The notes below the pieces were generated by a model. The model ran no database searches. It was not told the DNA's origin and was given only the letters and a program-made list of their open reading frames with translations. 64,000 bases of DNA from assembly GCA_963790475.1 (NCBI GenBank), contig CAWBOS010000006.1, positions 736,001-800,000 on the forward strand, written 5' to 3'. This document shows positions 58,056 to 64,000 of the stretch, in pieces. The position numbers were made by a program, and so were the translations under genes. Origin of the DNA: an uncultured delta proteobacterium. Lineage in GTDB: Bacteria > Desulfobacterota > RBG-13-43-22. Positions within the stretch are counted from its first letter, which is position 1, and every line of letters starts with the position of its first letter.

Positions 58056-59462
58056 GAGCCTCTTGCAAAAGTCTATTTTTAGGGAATAGACAAGCATAAA
58101 GAGTGAGCCTCAGCGGTGGTTCTGTGTTAAGATGATGTTTAGAAAGAACACAAAAAAACACAGGAGACACCGATGAAGCTCTGGAAAAAAGTATCATGGT
58201 TAAGGGGTAGATTGCAACAAGGTTTATTTTCCGATTTAGAAGAATGTTGGGAACAGCCTTTGACTGAAAAAGAGGAACGGCTGGTGACGATATTGGAACT
58301 GGTTGAGGTTGAAAGATATGTTCCCCGGAGTTCTTTAAATCAGTGGATGGGGAGGAAGATCCTTGAGCGCCAAGCGATAGCGCGGGCTTTTGTGGCCAAG
58401 ACGGTCTATAACCATTCCTTCACCAGATCAACCATTGAACATTTGAAAACGACGTCTAATGTAAGACGCATCTGCGGGTTCGAAAAGGTATCCGACATTC
58501 CCTCTGAGGCCACTTTTTCCAGGGCCTTTGCGGAGTTTGCCGAAGGGGGGCTTGGCGAAAAAGTTCACGAAGCCCTGGTGGAACGTTGTTTAAAGCCGGA
58601 ACTGGTTGGTCATATATCCCGAGACGCAACGGCCATAGAAGGTCGGGAAAAGCCGACTAAGAAGCCTGTAAAAGAAAAGCCTGCGCCGAAGAAGAGAGGA
58701 CGTCCAGTCAAGGGAGAACTCCGTGATTCCAAGGAAGACAAACGCTTGACCAGGCAACGAGAGCAATCAGTTGAAGAGGCCTTAAAAGAATTGCCGGTTT
58801 ACTGCGACGTAGGGACCAAGAAGAACTCCAAAGGGTACAAAGAGACCTGGGTCGGGTATAAACTCCATGCCGATGTTAATGATTGCGGATTGCCGGTGAG
58901 TGTCGTCTTGACCGCAGCATCGCTTCATGACAGCCAGGTCGCTATACCGTTAATGAAGATGACCAGTTCCAAGGTGGATTATCTTTATGATTTGATGGAT
59001 GCCGCTTATGACGCTGGATCTATCTATGCAATCAGCAGAGCTCTGGGACATGTGCCCATTATCGACAAGAACTTCCGCGGTAAGGATGTGATCCCTATGG
59101 CTCCCCACGAGGCCAGAAGATTTAATGGAAGGACAGCATCAGAACGGTTCAATAGCCGGTTAAAAGAAGAGTTCGGTGCCAAGAATGTCATGGTCCGAGG
59201 AGCCTTGAAAGTCAATCTCCATCTCATGTTTGGCGTCCTGGCGCTCTTTGCGGATCAGTTGATAAAGTTGGCTTCCTGAGTAAATTTTCAAAGAACGGGG
59301 TGAAAAGTTCAGGTCAGGAGGAGAACTATGCCTGAAAATTGTTACCAAAGTCTCAAATCTGACTATCGTCGTTAAGAAAGACCCAAAATTTCTAAATCGA
59401 CTGGGATAACTGCCTGCTGATATATTTCATCATGCAGTTTTTATAAGTTTTGCAAAAGGCTC
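58056..59462 (+). mobile_element. Insertion sequence (IS5/IS1182-like DDE), 1407 bp, intact
   Basis: TIR GAGCCTCTTGCAAAA / TTTTGCAAAAGGCTC; TTAT target duplication at 58052-58055 and 59463-59466. Confidence 0.92.
58173..59279 (+). CDS. DDE transposase
   Basis: PSEATFSR, RDATAI, GYKLH, HDS, MDAAYD, ERFNSRLK. Confidence 0.93.
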   Translation: MKLWKKVSWLRGRLQQGLFSDLEECWEQPLTEKEERLVTILELVEVERYVPRSSLNQWMGRKILERQAIARAFVAKTVYNHSFTRSTIEHLKTTSNVRRICGFEKVSDIPSEATFSRAFAEFAEGGLGEKVHEALVERCLKPELVGHISRDATAIEGREKPTKKPVKEKPAPKKRGRPVKGELRDSKEDKRLTRQREQSVEEALKELPVYCDVGTKKNSKGYKETWVGYKLHADVNDCGLPVSVVLTAASLHDSQVAIPLMKMTSSKVDYLYDLMDAAYDAGSIYAISRALGHVPIIDKNFRGKDVIPMAPHEARRFNGRTASERFNSRLKEEFGAKNVMVRGALKVNLHLMFGVLALFADQLIKLAS

Positions 59463-59530
59463 TTATAATTATAATAATGTCTTTTTTGCCTGGCAGTCAC
59501 CGCAAAAAAGATTGATCCCCCCAAAAGGAG

Positions 59531-61207
59531 ATGTTCATGAAAGTTGGAGACAAGTTAGCAGAATTATTGGTTAAGAATGGTGTGAAGTATGTTTATGGAG
59601 TCCCCGGAGGCCAATCGCTTCCCTTGTATGAGGGAATCCGGAAGCTTCAAGACCGAATTCAGCATGTGTTGATGCGTGATGAACGCAGTGCCGGTTATGC
59701 GGCCGATGCCTATGCTCGACTTACGGGACGGACTGGTGTTTGTGACGCTACTGTGGGTCCGGGGGCTACTAACCTGGTTTCCCCCCTGGCGGAAGCCTAC
59801 TGTTCCTCGATTCCGGTTTTGGCGGTTCTATCGGATATCCCAAGGGGCTGGGAGCACAGGCGGATACGGGGAAACGCTTCCCAAGGGGTTCAGCAGGTCG
59901 AAATTTTCCGCACGGTCAGTAAATGGCAGGTAACCGTAACTGATCCCAGGATGCTGGAGGATGTTTTGGATACCGCCTTTCGGATTGCCACCACTGGCAA
60001 ACCGGGCCCGGTGGTTATATCGATTCCGGTTGACATCGGGAGTGCTGACTTTTCCTTTCGGGAGCGTACTCATACCCTGCTGGGATCTGTATTCCCCCGA
60101 TTCAGAACCGCACCGGACCCGAAAGAAGTTGAAAGGGCCACCCAAATGCTTCTGAAGTCCCGGAAGCCTGTTCTGGTGGTAGGAGGTGGAGCGCATATTT
60201 CAGGTGCCGATCAACAGGTCCGGAGATTTACCGAGTTGTTGCAGGCACCGGTCGTCACTACTATCTCGGGTAAAGGTATCATTGAAGAAAACCACCCCCA
60301 GGCCTTTGGGGTGACCGGGGTGTTTGGAAATTCCATCGCCTGTGAAATTATGCAGCAAGCCGATCTGGTTTTTTTCATCGCCAGTAAAGTCGGAGAACTG
60401 ACCACCTTTGGATTTCGGGTTCCCCCAAAAGCCACCCCGGTTATTCATCTGGATACCGATCCGGAGGAAATCGGACGAAATTTTATCGAAAGCGTTCCCC
60501 TAGTGGCTGATGCCTGTTTGGGACTCGATGCGATCATCGCCTCCCTGGACGGCAAGAAATCTGCCGCTGTGTGGGATTTCCAGGCCTACAAGGAAAAACA
60601 GCGGAAGTGGTATGATGAAAAAACATCTCTGACTACAGAATCGGATAAACCACTAAGACCGCAGGCCGTTATGGAAGCGTTGAATCAGGTCTTGACCGAA
60701 AAGGATCTGGTGGTCTGTGACGCCAGCCTGTCCTCCGGTTGGGCCTCCGCTTATCTGAAACTAAACACGACCGGGCACCGGTTCATAGCTCCAAGAGGAT
60801 TGGCCGGAATAGGCTGGGGTGCCCCGGCCGCTGTTGGGGCGGCGCTGGCCGCAAACAAAGAAAATAGAATTCTGACTATCGCCGGGGATGGGGGATTCAG
60901 CTACTCCGTCCAGGAACTCGAAGTCATGAGTCGATTAAAATTGCCGGTGGTCACCATTGTACTCAACAACAACGTGTTGGGCTGGATAAAGCACGCTCAG
61001 AAGTTCGGGTATCAGGAGAATTATATCTCCACCGACTTTTCCCAAGTGGATTTTGCCACCGTAGCCAAAGGTTTCGGAGCAAGAGGGTATACCGTTCGTT
61101 CGCTGGGAGAATTAAAAGATTGCCTGGCCAGGGAGAAATCACCTCAGGGCCCGGCCGTCATTGACGTCATAGTCGATCAATGGGAATCCCCGGTTCATCG
61201 CCTGTAA
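59531..61207 (+). CDS. Thiamine-pyrophosphate enzyme, acetolactate synthase large subunit-like
   Basis: GVPGG, RDERSAGYAADAYAR, GPGATN, GDGG...NN. Confidence 0.92.
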   Translation: MFMKVGDKLAELLVKNGVKYVYGVPGGQSLPLYEGIRKLQDRIQHVLMRDERSAGYAADAYARLTGRTGVCDATVGPGATNLVSPLAEAYCSSIPVLAVLSDIPRGWEHRRIRGNASQGVQQVEIFRTVSKWQVTVTDPRMLEDVLDTAFRIATTGKPGPVVISIPVDIGSADFSFRERTHTLLGSVFPRFRTAPDPKEVERATQMLLKSRKPVLVVGGGAHISGADQQVRRFTELLQAPVVTTISGKGIIEENHPQAFGVTGVFGNSIACEIMQQADLVFFIASKVGELTTFGFRVPPKATPVIHLDTDPEEIGRNFIESVPLVADACLGLDAIIASLDGKKSAAVWDFQAYKEKQRKWYDEKTSLTTESDKPLRPQAVMEALNQVLTEKDLVVCDASLSSGWASAYLKLNTTGHRFIAPRGLAGIGWGAPAAVGAALAANKENRILTIAGDGGFSYSVQELEVMSRLKLPVVTIVLNNNVLGWIKHAQKFGYQENYISTDFSQVDFATVAKGFGARGYTVRSLGELKDCLAREKSPQGPAVIDVIVDQWESPVHRL

Positions 61208-61461
61208 TCAAAATACTTGGCGCGAAAATACCGTTCGTCGTTGAGCGTTCGGCGTTCGGCGAAAAGTTTTTTTTGATAGTTCGTTCGTGCACACTTCAGG
61301 CGGGGATGAGGGCTTAACAAGAAAATAGGATTTGGGTATTCCTTCCCGCTGTAGGCGGAACACAGGTCCAAGTGATTTAAATTCCATGCCTTTCACTCCG
61401 TCCTGCGGTCCTCGACCCCTTGAATCCTATTTTCATATTAATAGATAAGGGAGATTTTTAT

Positions 61462-62319
61462 ATGGGTGAAAAGAAATTAATCGGCAAAGTGGCCATGATC
61501 ACCGGCGGCGCCCGGGGACTTGGGAGGGGCTATGCCCTGCGTTTGGCCGGATTAGGGGCCGATATTGCTATTGTAGATAGGAATCTGCATTCAGCAGATG
61601 TCTATAACTTTGAGAGAAAGCAGATGACGGCCCCTACCGTCATGGAAGAGTGCCGGGCCCTCGGGGTCCGGGCGATCGGCATCGAGGCGGATTTAACGGA
61701 CCGGGCCGCCACAGAAAAGGCGGTGGCCGATATTGTCGACCAGCTGGGAGGTATTGATATCGCCATCTGTAACGCTGGGGGCGGCACAGTGACTTTTGCC
61801 GATGAACGCGAACCGGAAACGGATGCCTCCGGGAAGCTGGTAGGGGGAAAGTTAAAAGATATCGGACTGACGGGAACCCCTGCGGATTGTCCCCAGCATA
61901 TGTTGACCAGAGTGCTGGATATCAACCTGATGACCTGTATGTACACCTGCATGGCCGTGGCCCCCTATATGAAAGCTCAGCGATCGGGGAAAATCGTTAC
62001 CGCGTCTTCCACCGCCGGCATTCAGGCCAGGGGTGCCTACCATCCTTATGGAGTGGCTAAGGCAGCCATTATTCATTACACCCGGTCACTCGCTCAGGAG
62101 CTGGGGCCCTACAACATTAATGTGAACAGTATTGCTCCGGGCATAATACGCACCGGCAGGCTTGGCGACCGAAGCCAGTTGGCTAACCTCATACCGTTAA
62201 GAAGAGAAGGAACGATTGAAGATTGTGCCAAAGTGGTCGAGTTCCTGGTGACCGATCTTTCCGATTATGTGACCGGGAAAACAATTTCGATCGACGGGGG
62301 AGTTTGCGATCAAAGGTAA
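61462..62319 (+). CDS. SDR family oxidoreductase
   Basis: TGGARGLG, NAGG, YGVAK, APG. Confidence 0.93.
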   Translation: MGEKKLIGKVAMITGGARGLGRGYALRLAGLGADIAIVDRNLHSADVYNFERKQMTAPTVMEECRALGVRAIGIEADLTDRAATEKAVADIVDQLGGIDIAICNAGGGTVTFADEREPETDASGKLVGGKLKDIGLTGTPADCPQHMLTRVLDINLMTCMYTCMAVAPYMKAQRSGKIVTASSTAGIQARGAYHPYGVAKAAIIHYTRSLAQELGPYNINVNSIAPGIIRTGRLGDRSQLANLIPLRREGTIEDCAKVVEFLVTDLSDYVTGKTISIDGGVCDQR

Positions 62320-62448
62320 AATGACGGGAATGTATCACTAAATGGCCTTTAAAGTTTCACAATGTGATAGTTGGCTGTTTATTTCCAAAGAGCATTGGTG
62401 CCTCTGAGGATTATTTTTCAACTTGTCTAGTAAAGGAGCTACGTGATT

Positions 62449-63450
62449 ATGGAAGAGATTTTGCCGAGGTTGTACCGAATTGTTGTTCCCCTGCCCGGGA
62501 ACCCACTTAAAGAGATCAACTCTTATGTCCTCACCTCCGATGACCGGAACCTGGTCATCGACACCGGGATGAACCGCCCGGCCTGTAAACAGGTTCTGGA
62601 GCCGGGGCTGGAAGAACTGGGAGTGGATTTGAGGAAGACCGACTTTTTTATCACCCATTTGCACGCCGATCATCAGGGGATGGTGGCCGGTTTGATGAGA
62701 GAGGGATCAAGGGCCTATATGGGAGAAGATGATGCTTATCGATTAAAGGCGGGCACCACCCCTCATGCCCGTCGCTCTCCCATGGGGGATTATGCCGCCC
62801 AAAGCGGTTTCCCTGACGAGGTACTCCAATCCGCCATGGTCAACCATCCCGGTTTCAAGTATGGACCGGAATCTGTGGTCGATTACCAGATTACCCGGGC
62901 TGGAGATATTTTTAAAGTTGGGGATTATACTTTGGAAGTGGTGTCCACACCCGGACATACCTTAAGTCATGTGTGTCTGTATGAGCGGGATAAAAAGATC
63001 TTTTTCTCAGGGGACCATGTGCTGGGTGACATCACCCCCAACATTCAGAACTGGTCCGATGAAAACGATCCTCTGGACTTGTATATCAAGAGTCTGAAAA
63101 AAGTTTATGATATGGAGGTAACCTTGTGTCTTCCGGGTCATCGGAGCTTTATCAAAGACTTCAAAAAAAGGATCTTGGAATTGCTCGAACATCACCGTAT
63201 CCGGGCCAATGAGGTGATTGACATCCTGGAAAAGGAAACCCTGACCGCTTACTGGACAGCCTCGAAAATGACCTGGGATATCGTGGCCAAATCCTGGGAC
63301 GATTTTCCGGTCATGCAAAAATGGTTTGCAACCGCCGAAGCTATCTCCCATTTGATCTATCTGGAGAATAAGGGTCTGATCCAAAGAGAGCACAGGGACG
63401 GGCTGATCTATTTTTACAGCGATGGAAAGAAAAAATTGCAGACCGTATAA
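62449..63450 (+). CDS. MBL-fold metallo-hydrolase with C-terminal winged helix
   Basis: THLHADH, TPGHT, SGDH, PGH, EAISHL. Confidence 0.92.
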   Translation: MEEILPRLYRIVVPLPGNPLKEINSYVLTSDDRNLVIDTGMNRPACKQVLEPGLEELGVDLRKTDFFITHLHADHQGMVAGLMREGSRAYMGEDDAYRLKAGTTPHARRSPMGDYAAQSGFPDEVLQSAMVNHPGFKYGPESVVDYQITRAGDIFKVGDYTLEVVSTPGHTLSHVCLYERDKKIFFSGDHVLGDITPNIQNWSDENDPLDLYIKSLKKVYDMEVTLCLPGHRSFIKDFKKRILELLEHHRIRANEVIDILEKETLTAYWTASKMTWDIVAKSWDDFPVMQKWFATAEAISHLIYLENKGLIQREHRDGLIYFYSDGKKKLQTV

Positions 63451-63499
63451 TGAGATATTCACAACAACAGATTAACAGAACCGAAAAATTCTTTTTTCA

Positions 63500-63624
63500 C
63501 AGATTGCTCAAAAAGGCCCAGATACAAGGCGCCCGAAATCGTGAGGAGTGAGGCGTACAGAGAAGTACGCCGCAATGACGAGGGATGAGGGCAACGAAGT
63601 AGATGTGACTTTTTCAGCAATCTG
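63500..63624 (+). mobile_element. 125-bp MITE-like element with terminal inverted repeats
   Basis: TIR cagattgctcaaaaag / ctttttcagcaatctg; internal hairpin gcgtac...gtacgc; second copy at 20155-20249. Confidence 0.85.
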
Positions 63625-63639
63625 ATAAGGAGTATCGTT

Positions 63640-63972
63640 ATGTTTAGCCATTTAACCTTCTCACAACAGCAGCTTATCTATTTGGGTCTCAAAGCGCTCA
63701 TCGAGAGCAAGGCCGGATACGGCTTTCTTAAAGGGGATTTGGGACACCCGGTTTATCGGGATGGCGCCCTCGGAAAAGATGCTGAAAAGGCGGGCTACAT
63801 TGATTCCCCCCAAAAGAACACTCTCTTTATCATGCTTTCTGAATTGACCGAGGAGTTGAAAAAAAGCGGGATTGAGGATATGGATTACAAGTGGTGGTAT
63901 GATTTCAGTACCTGGGAAAATTTCTGCAAATTTGCCGTTGCCGTGTTTGACGGAGACAGTCCTGTCTCCTGA
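63640..63972 (+). CDS. Hypothetical protein (110 aa)
   Basis: AAGGAG RBS, ATG start, no recognised motif. Confidence 0.65.
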   Translation: MFSHLTFSQQQLIYLGLKALIESKAGYGFLKGDLGHPVYRDGALGKDAEKAGYIDSPQKNTLFIMLSELTEELKKSGIEDMDYKWWYDFSTWENFCKFAVAVFDGDSPVS

Positions 63973-64000
63973 TCACGATAGACAGGTATATCTTTGGAAA

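Overview
Bacterial chromosomal window, about 50% GC. Gene content (flavodiiron protein, rubredoxin, FTR/glutaredoxin, family III CoA-transferase, selenoprotein) suggests an anaerobic Desulfobacterota-like organism; this is an inference. It holds about 50 genes: a redox/Fe-S cluster, an arsenosugar radical-SAM selenoprotein locus, a yybP-ykoY riboswitch-controlled P-type ATPase, acyl-CoA carboxylase, a type IIG R-M enzyme, a YbhGFSR-like ABC exporter with TolC, Lhr helicase, a Cpx-like two-component locus, pyruvate kinase, an intact IS and catabolic enzymes. Most notable: (1) a two-gene DUF1670 cassette bounded by a CCCGCCTA direct repeat that is half of a small hairpin recurring across the window, a candidate undescribed mobile element; (2) four degenerate 5S rRNA-derived copies within 7.4 kb with no 16S/23S, arranged full/3'-half/full/3'-half around cargo genes; (3) two IscS/NifS paralogues that both lack the PLP lysine and substrate arginine but keep the loop cysteine; (4) a DUF559 nuclease gene bracketed by inverted REP-like palindromes inside an operon. 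All family assignments come from motif recognition by eye, not database searches.
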